From assembly GCA_045605805.1 (NCBI GenBank), contig JAZUQR010000027.1, positions 96,001 to 160,000 on the forward strand: a DNA stretch of 64,000 nucleotides, read 5' to 3'. This DNA is from Alphaproteobacteria bacterium (GTDB taxonomy: Bacteria > Pseudomonadota > Alphaproteobacteria > CAAHEQ01 > UBA3637). Below are positions 51,100 through 62,067 of the stretch, piece by piece. Position 1 is the stretch's first letter. Every line of letters starts with the position of its first letter. The position numbers and the translations under genes are program-made. The notes beneath the pieces are model-generated. The model saw nothing but the letters and a program-made list of their open reading frames with translations. It searched no databases and was not told the DNA's origin.

Positions 51100-52193
51100 C
51101 ACAAAAAACAATCGTTTTAACAACAGGTGGCTCTGGTGGCCATATTTTTCCGGCCCAAAGCGTGGCAACAGAACTGTTAAAGCGGGGCTATAAAGTAATT
51201 TTTATCACAGATAAACGGGGCAACGCTTTTCAAAATCTGCCCGAAGTAAAAACCTATCGTTTGGCGGCCGAATCTGTGACAGGGCGTTCTGTATTTGGTA
51301 AAATCACCGCCTTATTCAAACTGTGGCTTGGATCGGTTCAGGCCATGAAATTATTATTTCAAATCAAACCTGATTTGGTCATCGGCTTTGGTGGATATGC
51401 CTCCATTCCAACAGTTTTAAGCGCCCACATGATGCGCCTGCCGGTTATCTTGCACGAACAAAATGCCATTTTGGGCCGAGCGAATCGGATTGCCGCCAAA
51501 GGCACACGCATGATTGCCACCTCGTTCGCTCATGTACAACGCATTCCCAATAACATTCCGTCCATTCATGTGGGACAACCGGTACGCCAACCAATTTTGG
51601 ATAAAGCAAATGCCCCTTATCCACAAAGTGAGACATTCAATTTGTTGATTTTTGGGGGCAGCCAAGGGGCCCGTTTTTTCAGCGAACACTTGCCCCAAGT
51701 TTTAATGGACTTGCCAACAGAATATCGCCAGAAAATCATCCTAACACAGCAAGTGCGCCCCGAAGATGAAGAAAAGGTAAAACAAGCCTATGAAAAGGCT
51801 CAATTCAAACAATTGACATTGGCCCCATTTTTCAAAAATATGCCTGATCTTTTTGAACAAGCCAATTTAGTCATCGGACGAGGTGGAGCCGGCACATTGA
51901 CCGAAGTAATGGTGGTGGGTCGCCCTGCTTTGATTATTCCTTTGCCATCCGCTGCCGATAATCATCAAGCAGCCAATGCCAAGGAATTGGAACAAGCCAA
52001 GGCCGGTTGGGTTTTGGAACAAAAAGACTTTGATGCAAAAAAATTAACCCAACAGCTCAAAGAATGGATAGACAATCCAACCCTTCTGAAAGAAATGGGC
52101 CAAAAAGCACATAATGTTGCCATCATCAACGCCGCCGAACGCATGGCAGATATTGTGGATGATATCACAAAAGGGGTCAACAATGACATCTAG
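51096..52193 (+). CDS. murG: Undecaprenyl-PP-MurNAc-pentapeptide GlcNAc transferase
   Basis: GGSGGHIFPA, GFGGYAS, HEQNA, GGSQGA; ATG at 51096 overlaps the ftsW stop. Confidence 0.96.
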   Translation: MTQKTIVLTTGGSGGHIFPAQSVATELLKRGYKVIFITDKRGNAFQNLPEVKTYRLAAESVTGRSVFGKITALFKLWLGSVQAMKLLFQIKPDLVIGFGGYASIPTVLSAHMMRLPVILHEQNAILGRANRIAAKGTRMIATSFAHVQRIPNNIPSIHVGQPVRQPILDKANAPYPQSETFNLLIFGGSQGARFFSEHLPQVLMDLPTEYRQKIILTQQVRPEDEEKVKQAYEKAQFKQLTLAPFFKNMPDLFEQANLVIGRGGAGTLTEVMVVGRPALIIPLPSAADNHQAANAKELEQAKAGWVLEQKDFDAKKLTQQLKEWIDNPTLLKEMGQKAHNVAIINAAERMADIVDDITKGVNNDI

Positions 52194-53562
52194 TTTTGAT
52201 TTTAAGCGTGTCCATTTTGTGGGCATTGGGGGCATCGGCATGAGTGCCATTGCAGAAATGGTTCAAGCATTGGGCATTCCTGTGCAAGGTTCGGACAAAA
52301 GTGAAAATGACAACATCAAGCGGTTAAAGCAAAAAAATATCCGCATTTTTTCAAATCATAGTCCCGAAAATCTCTTAGGGGCTGATGTCGTGGTCTATTC
52401 CACCGCCACCAAAAACAATATAGAAGTTTTAACAGCACAACAACAAGGCATTGCCATTGCTCATCGTTCTGAAATGTTGGCCGAATTATTAAAATTAAAA
52501 AAAAGCATTTGCGTGGCTGGCACACATGGAAAAACCACAACCAGTTCTTTAATCGCAAGCATTTTAATGGCAGCCGACTTAGATCCCAGTTTCATCATTG
52601 GGGGCATCTTAAACAGCAACCATTCTAACGCCAAAATGGGCAAAGGTGATTGGGTTGTGGCCGAAGCCGATGAATCAGACGGTTCTTTTTTGCGACTGCC
52701 ATCCACCATTTCTGTTGTCACCAACATAGACGCAGAACACATGGACTATTACAAAACATTTGACCACGAAAAAAGTTGTTTTTTAACCATGCTCAACCAA
52801 ACGGCTTTTTATGGCATCAATGTGGTGTGTATGGACCACCCTGTCATACGGGAATTATTACCGAAAATCAAAGACCGTCCAACCATTACCTATGGGTTAA
52901 GCCCCTTGGCAGATGTCTATGCCACACAAATAACACCCACACAAACCGGATCATGTTTTAACCTTTGTGCAAAAATCAACAACACTTCTTTTACAATTGA
53001 AAATGTGTGTTTGAATATGATGGGCGAACATAACATCCAAAATGCTTTGGCAGCCGTTGCTGTGGCATTGCACTTAAAAATCCCACCGCAAATAATCAAA
53101 AAAGCACTGGCCGAGTTTCAAGGCATTCAACGACGGCTAACTTTGCGTGGTTTTTTTCATCATGCACTGGTTTATGATGATTATGCCCATCATCCAAACG
53201 AAATAAAAGCCACCTTATCTGCCTTAAAAGCACATTCCAGTGGTCGTTTAATTGCTTTGTGGCAACCCCACAGATGGTCACGCTTTAACGATTTATACTT
53301 TGATTTTTTGAACGCTTTTGAATTGGCAGATGAAGTTTGTGTCACACCAATTTATGCAGCCGGAGAAACACCTCCCGAAAACAGCCAAAACCCAACTGAT
53401 TTTACCGCAACATTGGGAAAAGTGAAACCAACCCATTTTGCCAAATTGGAAGAAATGGAAGAACACTTACAAAACATCTTAAATCCAAATGATACTTTGG
53501 TCTGTTTGGGCGCAGGCTCTGTGTCTTTATTTTCAAAAGAACTTGTGAAAAAGGAAAAGTAA
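52183..53562 (+). CDS. murC: UDP-MurNAc-L-alanine ligase
   Basis: GIGGIGMS, AGTHGKTTT, EADESDGS, DDYAHHP. Confidence 0.97.
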   Translation: MTSSFDFKRVHFVGIGGIGMSAIAEMVQALGIPVQGSDKSENDNIKRLKQKNIRIFSNHSPENLLGADVVVYSTATKNNIEVLTAQQQGIAIAHRSEMLAELLKLKKSICVAGTHGKTTTSSLIASILMAADLDPSFIIGGILNSNHSNAKMGKGDWVVAEADESDGSFLRLPSTISVVTNIDAEHMDYYKTFDHEKSCFLTMLNQTAFYGINVVCMDHPVIRELLPKIKDRPTITYGLSPLADVYATQITPTQTGSCFNLCAKINNTSFTIENVCLNMMGEHNIQNALAAVAVALHLKIPPQIIKKALAEFQGIQRRLTLRGFFHHALVYDDYAHHPNEIKATLSALKAHSSGRLIALWQPHRWSRFNDLYFDFLNAFELADEVCVTPIYAAGETPPENSQNPTDFTATLGKVKPTHFAKLEEMEEHLQNILNPNDTLVCLGAGSVSLFSKELVKKEK

Positions 53563-54468
53563 ATGGCCACAACTTCTAAATTAAACATCATCGGATTAAA
53601 AGCCCCCATCCAACACCACAAAGAATTGGCCCCGCAAACATGGCTGGGCGTGGGCGGTCAAGCCGAATTTTACATTGAACCGCAAGATATCACAGATTTA
53701 CAATTGATTTTAAGTCAAAATCCAAATCTGCCTATCACACTGCTGGGCGCAGGAAGTAATGTTTTGATTCGTGACGCAGGTATTTCAGGCCTAGTCATTC
53801 ATTTAGCCAACGGATTCAAAAATTACACTGTGGATAAAAATAAAATCACAGCCGGTGCGGGTCTGTCCCTAATCAAATTGGCCACCATTGCGGCCGAATG
53901 TGGGATATCTGGGTTTGAGTTTATGTCTGGCATCCCCGGATCGTTGGGCGGAGGGCTGAAAATGAATGCAGGGGCTTACGGATCGGATTTATCCGCCCTC
54001 TGCACCCAAGTGGTCTTTATGGATAAAGAAGGGAAAATCAACAAAATAAACCCTAAAACAACCGATTTTTTTGCCTATCGTCACAGTGATTTGCCTCCTG
54101 ATGGCATTTTCATTGAGGCCACCCTTGAAGGAACGCCCAAAAATAAAAACGAGATTTTACAAACCATGGCTGAATTAAAACAAAAACGCCAAAGCACTCA
54201 ACCGCAAGGCGTAAAAACAGCCGGTTCCACATTCAAAAATCCACCCGATTGTGCCGCATGGAAATTGATTGACGAAGCTGGATTAAGAGGCTACACTCAT
54301 AACGGGGCAAAAATAAGCGAAAAACATTCAAACTTTATGATAAACGCCAACAATGCCACCGCCACTGATTTAGAAGAATTGGGCGAATTTGTCCGTCAAC
54401 AAGTAAAACAAAAAACAGGTCATACACTGGAATGGGAAATAAAAATTATCGGAAAAAAGGAAAAATAA
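53563..54468 (+). CDS. murB: UDP-N-acetylenolpyruvoylglucosamine reductase
   Basis: GSNVL, GIPGSLGG, MNAGAYG, GSTFKNP. Confidence 0.97.
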   Translation: MATTSKLNIIGLKAPIQHHKELAPQTWLGVGGQAEFYIEPQDITDLQLILSQNPNLPITLLGAGSNVLIRDAGISGLVIHLANGFKNYTVDKNKITAGAGLSLIKLATIAAECGISGFEFMSGIPGSLGGGLKMNAGAYGSDLSALCTQVVFMDKEGKINKINPKTTDFFAYRHSDLPPDGIFIEATLEGTPKNKNEILQTMAELKQKRQSTQPQGVKTAGSTFKNPPDCAAWKLIDEAGLRGYTHNGAKISEKHSNFMINANNATATDLEELGEFVRQQVKQKTGHTLEWEIKIIGKKEK

Positions 54469-54469
54469 A

Positions 54470-55390
54470 ATGAAGAAAATTGAAAAAGTTGCAGTCGTCA
54501 TGGGCGGTCTTTCTTCGGAACGGGAAATCTCGTTTCAATCAGGCAAAGGCGTGGCGCAAGCATTAAAACAAAAAGGCTATACCGTTTTGGAAATTGATTT
54601 AACAAACAATATCGCCTCATTTGTCCAACAATTAAACACCTTTAAGCCGGATGTCGTTTTCAATGCCCTTCATGGACGCTATGGCGAAGACGGTTGTATT
54701 CAAGGAATGTTAAACCTGATGCAAATCCCCTATACACATTCTGGCGTTCAAGCCTCTGCCATAGGAATGGATAAAAACAAAACACGGCAATTAGCCGAAA
54801 GTTTACATATTCCCGTGGCCAAAGGCGGATTAAAAAGCAAACAGGATTTACAAAATCAAATGCCCGATTTGCCCTATGTTGTCAAACCCAACGATGATGG
54901 GTCATCCTTTGGCGTTCAAATCATCCGCACCCCACAAGAACATGAACAACTGTTAAAAGATTGGCCGGATGTGGAATACCAATTGGTGGAAGAATATATT
55001 GCAGGGCGAGAATTGTCATTTGCCATCTTAAACAACCAATATCTTGGGTCTGTGGAATTGGTTCCCGAATCCGGTTTTTACGACTTTGAAAACAAATATA
55101 CAGCTGGCAAAACACAACACCTGATTCCGGCCCCACTGCCCAAAGAACAAGAAGAATTGGCCGCCCAATACAGCCTTCAAATTCATCAGGCATTGGGCTG
55201 TCGTGGCACAACTCGTTGTGATTTCAGGTATGACGATACAAATCCATCCCAGCCCAAATTGGTCTTTTTGGAAATCAATACGAACCCAGGGATGACACCA
55301 TTTTCTTTGGTTCCAGATATTGCCAAATCAAAAAAAATTGCGTATGATGAACTTGTGGATAAAATTGTAAGGGAAGCGCAATGCGATTAA
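54470..55390 (+). CDS. ddl: D-Ala-D-Ala ligase
   Basis: GGLSSEREIS, LHGRYGEDG, FYDFENKY, EINTNPGMT. Confidence 0.97.
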   Translation: MKKIEKVAVVMGGLSSEREISFQSGKGVAQALKQKGYTVLEIDLTNNIASFVQQLNTFKPDVVFNALHGRYGEDGCIQGMLNLMQIPYTHSGVQASAIGMDKNKTRQLAESLHIPVAKGGLKSKQDLQNQMPDLPYVVKPNDDGSSFGVQIIRTPQEHEQLLKDWPDVEYQLVEEYIAGRELSFAILNNQYLGSVELVPESGFYDFENKYTAGKTQHLIPAPLPKEQEELAAQYSLQIHQALGCRGTTRCDFRYDDTNPSQPKLVFLEINTNPGMTPFSLVPDIAKSKKIAYDELVDKIVREAQCD

Positions 55391-56190
55391 ACTATAACTT
55401 TTTGAAATGGTCTTTGAAAGCCCGCACCTTCATCGCAGGTGGGGTTTGGCTGATTGTGGGCATCATTGCCTTTTTCTGTTCCCACACAGGGCATCAATTC
55501 ACAAATTGGGCCCAAAACGGCATCAATACCATTTTTCAAAAAGGAAATTGCCACCTTCAACAAGTACAAGTGGTTTGGCAAAACGAATTTCATTACACAA
55601 AAACCGAAACAATTTTGAAAACAATCGGTCTGCAACAAGGCAGCCCCATGGCGGACATTCACTTAAACGAAATCCAATCAAAGGTTAAACAACTGCCTTG
55701 GGTGCGTATGGCAGTTGTGGAAAGATATTGGCCAAACGAAATCAAAATCACCATTGAAGAAAAAATACCTTTGGCCTTGTGGCAAAATAACCATAAATAC
55801 CATCCATTAGATGAACAAGCCGAAATCATCAAAACAAACACCCAATTACCGGCCGACCTGTTGTTGGTTGTCGGGCCAGATGCGCCAAAGCACTTGATAG
55901 AATTGATAAAAAATCTGGAACAAGTTCCCCAAATCTATCAATATGTGCGGGCAGCGGTACGTTTTGGCGAACGCAGATGGAACCTGAAACTATTCAATGC
56001 CGAACATGGTTTAGAGATTCTGTTGCCCGAAAAAGATGTTTTACAGGCCTTACAGCGTCTGGACCAACATAACAAAGAAGAAAAAATAATCAAACGCCAA
56101 CTGGCAGCCATTGATTTACGCACGCAAGATAAAGTCATCTTAAAACCCATACCCACTCCATCAAAAAAACCGAAAGCAAAGAAAAAATGA
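55381..56190 (+). CDS. ftsQ: Cell division protein FtsQ
   Basis: TM, POTRA LPWV..VER.WP, ERRWNL, IDLR. Confidence 0.9.
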   Translation: MRLNYNFLKWSLKARTFIAGGVWLIVGIIAFFCSHTGHQFTNWAQNGINTIFQKGNCHLQQVQVVWQNEFHYTKTETILKTIGLQQGSPMADIHLNEIQSKVKQLPWVRMAVVERYWPNEIKITIEEKIPLALWQNNHKYHPLDEQAEIIKTNTQLPADLLLVVGPDAPKHLIELIKNLEQVPQIYQYVRAAVRFGERRWNLKLFNAEHGLEILLPEKDVLQALQRLDQHNKEEKIIKRQLAAIDLRTQDKVILKPIPTPSKKPKAKKK

Positions 56191-57431
56191 AATCCAACAA
56201 AAAATCAATTTACACTTTTTTGGATATAGGCTCGTCAAAAATATCGTGTCTAATGGCCCGTATGCCCGAAGGCCATGCCCCTGAAATTATCGCCCATAGC
56301 TCAGTTCAATCCAAAGGGATTCAAAATGGGGCAATATGGGATATAGAAGCCGCCAAACTGTGTGTGGATAATGCCTTGCGTCAAGCCGAAAAAATGGCCG
56401 GACGCACAATTACAAGCGTGTTTGTCAATGTATCATCCAGCCAATTAAAATCCGTTCAATTATATGATGAAATGGATATTCCAACCGGTCGCACCATCAC
56501 AAGCGAAGATGTCCAACAACTGGTCAATGGCATCATCACATCACAAATCCCCGCAGATGAAGAAATCTTACATGCCATTCCTGTGGGTTATACAGTTGAT
56601 CAAGAACACGGACGAAGTGATCCTCGAGGGATTCACGGCAAAACATTGGGGGCAAGAATCCATGTCATCACCATTCCACAAACACAGATATTAAACCTGT
56701 TAAAAGTGTTAGATTGGTGTCATGTCACTGTGGCTGGCAAAGTAGCCACCCCCTACGCAAGTGCCTTGTCTGTTTTAACGGAAGATGAAATGGATTTAGG
56801 GGCAACGGTCATAGATTTTGGGGCCGGCACAACAAGCTATGCCATCATCATTGCCGGTGGCTTGATGCAACTAGGTCTTATCCCGCAAGGAGGCAATGAA
56901 ATCACCCGAGCCATTGCCCAAACATTTAATACCGACTTACAAAATGCCGAGCGCAAAAAAGTATTAAACGGAGCCGCCACCCTGGTCCCACGAGATGAAG
57001 TAGAACCGGTCATCATCCCTGTGTTGGGAGACGATACAGGCACAAACATCCAAATTATGCGATCAAATCTTATCAGTTGTATTCTGCCACATTTGGAAGA
57101 TATCCTGACAAAACTCAACGCTTTTTTAACACAAGATATCACCTTTTCTTCTGTGGCAAACCGTTATGTTTTAACAGGAGGCAGTGCCGGTTTTGACGGT
57201 CTTGTGGAAAAAACAGGCCAATTTTTGGGCGGCATCGCCCGCATGGGAAAAATAAAAGAAATAAAAAACTTGCCAAAAGAGTATGATTCGTGTACATTTA
57301 ATATATGCGTTGGATTATTGGTCTATGCCAAAATGAGAATGCAAAACAAAGTGTTGGATGATTTTCAAGAAAAACCAACTGTCATCGGTTGGCTCGGAAA
57401 GGTAAAAGAATGGCTGAAACAAAACCTATAG
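56187..57431 (+). CDS. ftsA: Cell division protein FtsA
   Basis: [24 protein letters not shown]. Confidence 0.93.
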   Translation: MKSNKKSIYTFLDIGSSKISCLMARMPEGHAPEIIAHSSVQSKGIQNGAIWDIEAAKLCVDNALRQAEKMAGRTITSVFVNVSSSQLKSVQLYDEMDIPTGRTITSEDVQQLVNGIITSQIPADEEILHAIPVGYTVDQEHGRSDPRGIHGKTLGARIHVITIPQTQILNLLKVLDWCHVTVAGKVATPYASALSVLTEDEMDLGATVIDFGAGTTSYAIIIAGGLMQLGLIPQGGNEITRAIAQTFNTDLQNAERKKVLNGAATLVPRDEVEPVIIPVLGDDTGTNIQIMRSNLISCILPHLEDILTKLNAFLTQDITFSSVANRYVLTGGSAGFDGLVEKTGQFLGGIARMGKIKEIKNLPKEYDSCTFNICVGLLVYAKMRMQNKVLDDFQEKPTVIGWLGKVKEWLKQNL

Positions 57432-58915
57432 ATACATTACAAATCGGATTGGCAACCCCACCACCGGAAGTTTTATTAACCCCAAACATTGGTGTAATTG
57501 GTGTGGGTGGTGCCGGTGGAAATGCCGTCAATAATATGATTGCCTCTAATTTAACAGGGGTCAGCTTTTTTGCGGCCAACACAGATGCACAAGCCTTGTC
57601 AAAATCTTTATGTTCCGAACGCATCCAACTGGGCATTAAAACCACCCAAGGGTTGGGGGCAGGCGCTCATCCCGAAGTTGGCAAGGCCTCGGCCGAAGAA
57701 TCTGCCGATAAAATTAAAGAAGAAATCACAGGTCTGCATTTACTGTTTTTAACGGCTGGAATGGGGGGAGGAACCGGAACCGGTGCTTTACCTGTCATCG
57801 CAAAAATGGCTCATGAAATGGGTATTATGACGGTTGCCGTTGTGTCTACACCTTTTATGTTTGAAGGCCAAAAGCGCATGAAAACAGCCCAAGGCGGTAT
57901 TGAAGAATTAAAAAAATATGTGGATACAATGATTATCGTACCCAACCAAAACCTGTTTCGTGTGGCAAAACCGGATACAACATTTATGGAAGCCTTTAAG
58001 ATGGCAGACGATGTTTTGTGTCAAGGGGTGCGGTCCATTACCGATTTAATTATGAACCCAGGTATCGTGAATTTGGATTTTGCCGACTTGACAACCGTCT
58101 TAAAATCCATGGGGCGTGCCATGATGGGATCGGGCATAGCCTCAGGCGAAAATCGGGCAACTATTGCGGCTGAAAAAGCCCTGTCTAACCCCTTATTGGA
58201 TGATGTATCCATCAAAGGCGCACGCAGCGTTCTGATCAACATTTCTGCCGGCATGGATTTAACATTGGCCGAAGCCGATATCATCAACCAACGCATCACA
58301 GCCGAAGTTGACCCTGATGCCAATATCATCTCTGGCACCACTTTGAATCAAGATATCACAGGCTCTATTCAAGTTTCTGTTGTGGCCACAGGGCTTGACC
58401 CAAAAACACAACCCGTTGGCACACAATCAACAATTGCCATCAACACACAAACAGAAACATTGGTCACACCACCCCAAAACCCAATTCCAACGGCCACAGC
58501 CACTGTTTCACAACCCGAGCCCCCAAAAGAAGAACAACCTTCTTTAATTCCAACGATGGACTTTGGATGCACACCGTTTGTTAAAGTGGCTGCCACACCT
58601 GCCGAAGATTTGGTGGTTGAAGGGACAGAACAGGCCGAACCCACACAGGAAACCTTATTGCCAAATCCTGTACCACACATTGATGCTGTGCAGGAAATAC
58701 CGCAAAGTATCCCCCAAGAACAACCCATCAATTTGGATCATAAAACAGCCGAAGCCAATGTCACTTCTGTGAAACCGGATTTATTCAAATTGGTACCTGG
58801 GTTATGGAATCTGCGCAATACAAGTGGCACAAAAGCCCCGCAAAAATCAAAGGAAAAAGAAAAAGAAGCCCCAATTCCCGAATTGGATTTATCTATCCCA
58901 AGTTTTTTCAAATAA
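57410..58915 (+). CDS. ftsZ: Cell division protein FtsZ with a long C-terminal linker
   Basis: [29 protein letters not shown]-terminal LSIPSFF. Confidence 0.98.
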   Translation: MAETKPIDTLQIGLATPPPEVLLTPNIGVIGVGGAGGNAVNNMIASNLTGVSFFAANTDAQALSKSLCSERIQLGIKTTQGLGAGAHPEVGKASAEESADKIKEEITGLHLLFLTAGMGGGTGTGALPVIAKMAHEMGIMTVAVVSTPFMFEGQKRMKTAQGGIEELKKYVDTMIIVPNQNLFRVAKPDTTFMEAFKMADDVLCQGVRSITDLIMNPGIVNLDFADLTTVLKSMGRAMMGSGIASGENRATIAAEKALSNPLLDDVSIKGARSVLINISAGMDLTLAEADIINQRITAEVDPDANIISGTTLNQDITGSIQVSVVATGLDPKTQPVGTQSTIAINTQTETLVTPPQNPIPTATATVSQPEPPKEEQPSLIPTMDFGCTPFVKVAATPAEDLVVEGTEQAEPTQETLLPNPVPHIDAVQEIPQSIPQEQPINLDHKTAEANVTSVKPDLFKLVPGLWNLRNTSGTKAPQKSKEKEKEAPIPELDLSIPSFFK

Positions 58916-58918
58916 ACC

Positions 58919-59854
58919 TTAAATAGATAAAAAGCGTTTGTGACGACTTTCTACCAATTCTTCTGGGGATTGTTTTATCAACTGTGCCAAGTATTTTTCA
59001 ATCACTTGTGCCACCGAACGCATCGTTTCTTCGGTAAAGCGGTGAGCCCCCCCTAACGGTTCAGGAATCACCTCTTCCACCACCTTTAATTTCAACATAT
59101 CATGGGCAGTCAAATGCAAAATCTCCGTGGCCTTTTGAGCATATTTGAAATCTTTCCATAAAATGGAGGCACACCCTTCCGGCGAAATCACCGAATAAAT
59201 GGCATGTTCAAGCATCAACACAACATTTCCGCTGGCCAACGCCAAAGCCCCTCCACTGCCCCCTTCACCAATCACACAACTGATAACAGGTACTTTCAAG
59301 TTCAAACAAGTTTCAATGCAAGAAGCAATAGCTTGCCCTTGCCCATGGGCTTCGGCTTCCACCCCAGGGAAAGCACCGGCCGTATCCACCAAAGTAATCA
59401 CAGGCACACCATATTGTTCGGCCAATTTCATCAAACGAATAGCCTTACGATAACCTTCTGGCCGAGCCATACCAAAATTGTGTTTCAAACGAGTATCAAT
59501 ATCATGGCCTTTCTCAGTTCCAATCACCATCACAGTGCGTCCATTAAACTTAGCCAATCCCCCTACAATAGCCGCATCCTCACCATTCAAGCGATCGCCA
59601 CATAACAATTCAAAATCGTCAAAAATAAAATGAATATAATCCACTGCATGAGGGCGTGATTCATGCCGAGCCACCTGAGCTTTTTGCCAAGGGGTCAATT
59701 TTTCATAAGCCTGTTTAATCACCCGAGAACGCTTAGAGGTCAACCGTTTTATTTCCAGTTTATTTTTTTCACTAACGGCTTTTTCGCCCGTTGCCAAACG
59801 AGCCAATTTTTCATCCACCTCTTTAATTGTGCGTTCAAAATCAAGATATTGCAT
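58919..59854 (-). CDS. accA: Acetyl-CoA carboxylase carboxyltransferase alpha subunit
   Basis: YLDFE, ARHESRP, PEGYRKA, GEGGSGGA, SVISPEGCASILW. Confidence 0.97.
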   Translation of the reverse strand: MQYLDFERTIKEVDEKLARLATGEKAVSEKNKLEIKRLTSKRSRVIKQAYEKLTPWQKAQVARHESRPHAVDYIHFIFDDFELLCGDRLNGEDAAIVGGLAKFNGRTVMVIGTEKGHDIDTRLKHNFGMARPEGYRKAIRLMKLAEQYGVPVITLVDTAGAFPGVEAEAHGQGQAIASCIETCLNLKVPVISCVIGEGGSGGALALASGNVVLMLEHAIYSVISPEGCASILWKDFKYAQKATEILHLTAHDMLKLKVVEEVIPEPLGGAHRFTEETMRSVAQVIEKYLAQLIKQSPEELVESRHKRFLSI

Positions 59855-59934
59855 CTTTCATCCTTTTTGTTTGCTTTTTATAATTATACAAGGTATAATT
59901 CAAAAAGTCCAGCATAAAAAGAAAGGCAAAAAAA

Positions 59935-60264
59935 ATGACACCGTACTTATTTTGGGAATTGATGATTTTAATCACAGGGGTTTGGCTGATTGCTATTTTG
60001 TTTTTCATCTATGGTTGGGTGTTGATAAAAAAACAAAAACAAATGCTTCATGATTTTTATCAATTTTTGGCCACCCAATCTCCTTTACAAGAAACACCCC
60101 CCTTTCAACAGAACGAACAAACCATACCAGAATCAGACCGTGAACCTGAAACCGAACAAGAACCGATGCACATTGAAATATCAAAAGAAGAACTCATTGC
60201 AAAATATGAAAATATGAACCCGCAAAATCCTGTGGATATTTCTTTTATAGACGAGGAAAAATGA
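59935..60264 (+). CDS. Hypothetical single-TM protein with an acidic tail
   Basis: N-terminal hydrophobic helix; stop overlaps the next ATG. Confidence 0.55.
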   Translation: MTPYLFWELMILITGVWLIAILFFIYGWVLIKKQKQMLHDFYQFLATQSPLQETPPFQQNEQTIPESDREPETEQEPMHIEISKEELIAKYENMNPQNPVDISFIDEEK

Positions 60265-62009
60265 AACTTTTCTTTTTTCTTTTTTGCTTTTGTGCATTCC
60301 CTGTTTTTGCCGGACACGGTCTTGCCCTACATGGCGAACCAAAATTACCCCAAGGCTTTAAGCATTTTGATTATGTCAACCCAAACGCCCCCAAAAAAGG
60401 CCATTTAACAAACGCTATGTCACATGGTTTTGATACATTAAACCCTTTTTCAATCAACGGCATAGCCCCAAGCGGGATTTTTTTAACACACGATACTTTG
60501 ATGAAGCAAAACGCCAACGAAGCCTTTACACAATATGGTTTAATTGCCCAAGAAGTTTTTCTGTCTAAAAACAAAAAAACAGTCACCTTCAAATTAAATC
60601 CCAACGCCCGTTTTAATGATAACAGCCCGATTACAGCCGAAGATGTGCTGTTTTCCTTTAACACATTAAAAGAAAAAGGCTTACCCATTTATCGGGTTTA
60701 TTACCAAGATGTTGAAAAAGCAACGATTGTGAACCCACACACAATTCAATTCACTTTGAAAACTGATAAAAACAAAGAACTCCCTTTAATTTTGGGGCAA
60801 TTGCCCGTGCTATCAAAAAGCTATTGGCAAAACAAAGACTTTGAAAAAACAACCATGCAAATCCCCGTCACAAGTGGCCCCTATCTAATTCAAAAGATAA
60901 CACCAAACCGAAGCATCACCTATCAACGCAACCCAAATTATTGGGCAAAAGACCTCAATGTCAATCAAGGATTTTATAATTTTGATACCATTCAATATGA
61001 CACCTATCTAGACAGCACTGTCACATTGGAAGCCTTACGCAAAGGCATGATAGACCTACATCAAGAAAATGTGGCCAAACGGTGGCAAAATGAACTGCAA
61101 TGGCCTCAATTGAAAGACGGCACTTTAACCGCCACCCAAATCCCCCATCAATTACCAAGTGGCATGCAAGGCTTTGTGTTTAATTTGCGAAACCCTTTAT
61201 TTCAAGATATAAAAGTGCGCCAAGCGCTGACAAAAGTGTTGGATTTTGAATGGATAAATCAAAACCTGTTTTATAATATGTATCAACGCACAACAAGTTA
61301 TTTTGACAATTCTTACTTAAAAGCCCCACCTTTACCGTCAAAAGAAGAATTAGCTCTCTTAAAACCATACGAAAGCGACTTACCGCCCAACACCTTAACC
61401 ACAGCGTTTGAATTAAAAAATCTTCCACCTCGCCAAGCCTTGCGAGAAGCGTTAGATTTGTTGGAACAAGCCGGATGGTCCGTTCAAAACAACATCCTAC
61501 AAAAAGAGGAAAAACCCTTTCAATTTACTCTATTATTGGATGCCAATTCGGCACAAGTGTGGGAACGCATTGCCCTGCCTTTTGTGGCAAGATTAAAGCG
61601 ATTGGGGATTCAGGCCGATATACAGGTGATGGATTTATTACAATATAAAAACAAAATAGATAACTTTGAGTATGATATGATTGTGTTTGTGTGGGGCAAC
61701 TCGTTATCCCCCGGCAATGAACAGATGGATTATTGGGGCAGTCAAGCCGCCCAAACAAAAGGCAGCACAAACCTAACCGGCATTCAAAATAAAGCGATTG
61801 ATGCGATAATTGAAAAAATTAAAAATGCCCAAACCAAACAAGAACTAATAACAGCTACCCACGCACTGGATCGGGTGTTGCTACATCATTATTTGGTCAT
61901 TCCGCACTGGTACAGCGCAACCACCCGCCTCATACACAAACCAGACCTACAACGCCCTAAAACTATTCCCATGAACGGCTTAGATTTAATGACCTGGTGG
62001 AAAAAATAA
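60261..62009 (+). CDS. yejA: YejA-like ABC peptide-binding protein
   Basis: HGLALHGEPK, FKHFDYVNPNAPK, RNPNYWAKDL, SLSPGNEQ..YWGS, ALDRVL. Confidence 0.9.
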   Translation: MKLFFFLFCFCAFPVFAGHGLALHGEPKLPQGFKHFDYVNPNAPKKGHLTNAMSHGFDTLNPFSINGIAPSGIFLTHDTLMKQNANEAFTQYGLIAQEVFLSKNKKTVTFKLNPNARFNDNSPITAEDVLFSFNTLKEKGLPIYRVYYQDVEKATIVNPHTIQFTLKTDKNKELPLILGQLPVLSKSYWQNKDFEKTTMQIPVTSGPYLIQKITPNRSITYQRNPNYWAKDLNVNQGFYNFDTIQYDTYLDSTVTLEALRKGMIDLHQENVAKRWQNELQWPQLKDGTLTATQIPHQLPSGMQGFVFNLRNPLFQDIKVRQALTKVLDFEWINQNLFYNMYQRTTSYFDNSYLKAPPLPSKEELALLKPYESDLPPNTLTTAFELKNLPPRQALREALDLLEQAGWSVQNNILQKEEKPFQFTLLLDANSAQVWERIALPFVARLKRLGIQADIQVMDLLQYKNKIDNFEYDMIVFVWGNSLSPGNEQMDYWGSQAAQTKGSTNLTGIQNKAIDAIIEKIKNAQTKQELITATHALDRVLLHHYLVIPHWYSATTRLIHKPDLQRPKTIPMNGLDLMTWWKK

Positions 62010-62067
62010 AATTTCTTCTTGATTTTCTTAAAAAAAAAAGTAAAACTAATATCAAGAGGGTGAGTAA

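Noticed and set aside
58380-58915. Pro/Thr/Glu-rich FtsZ tail as a new domain
   Set aside because: Long disordered linkers are typical of alphaproteobacterial FtsZ.
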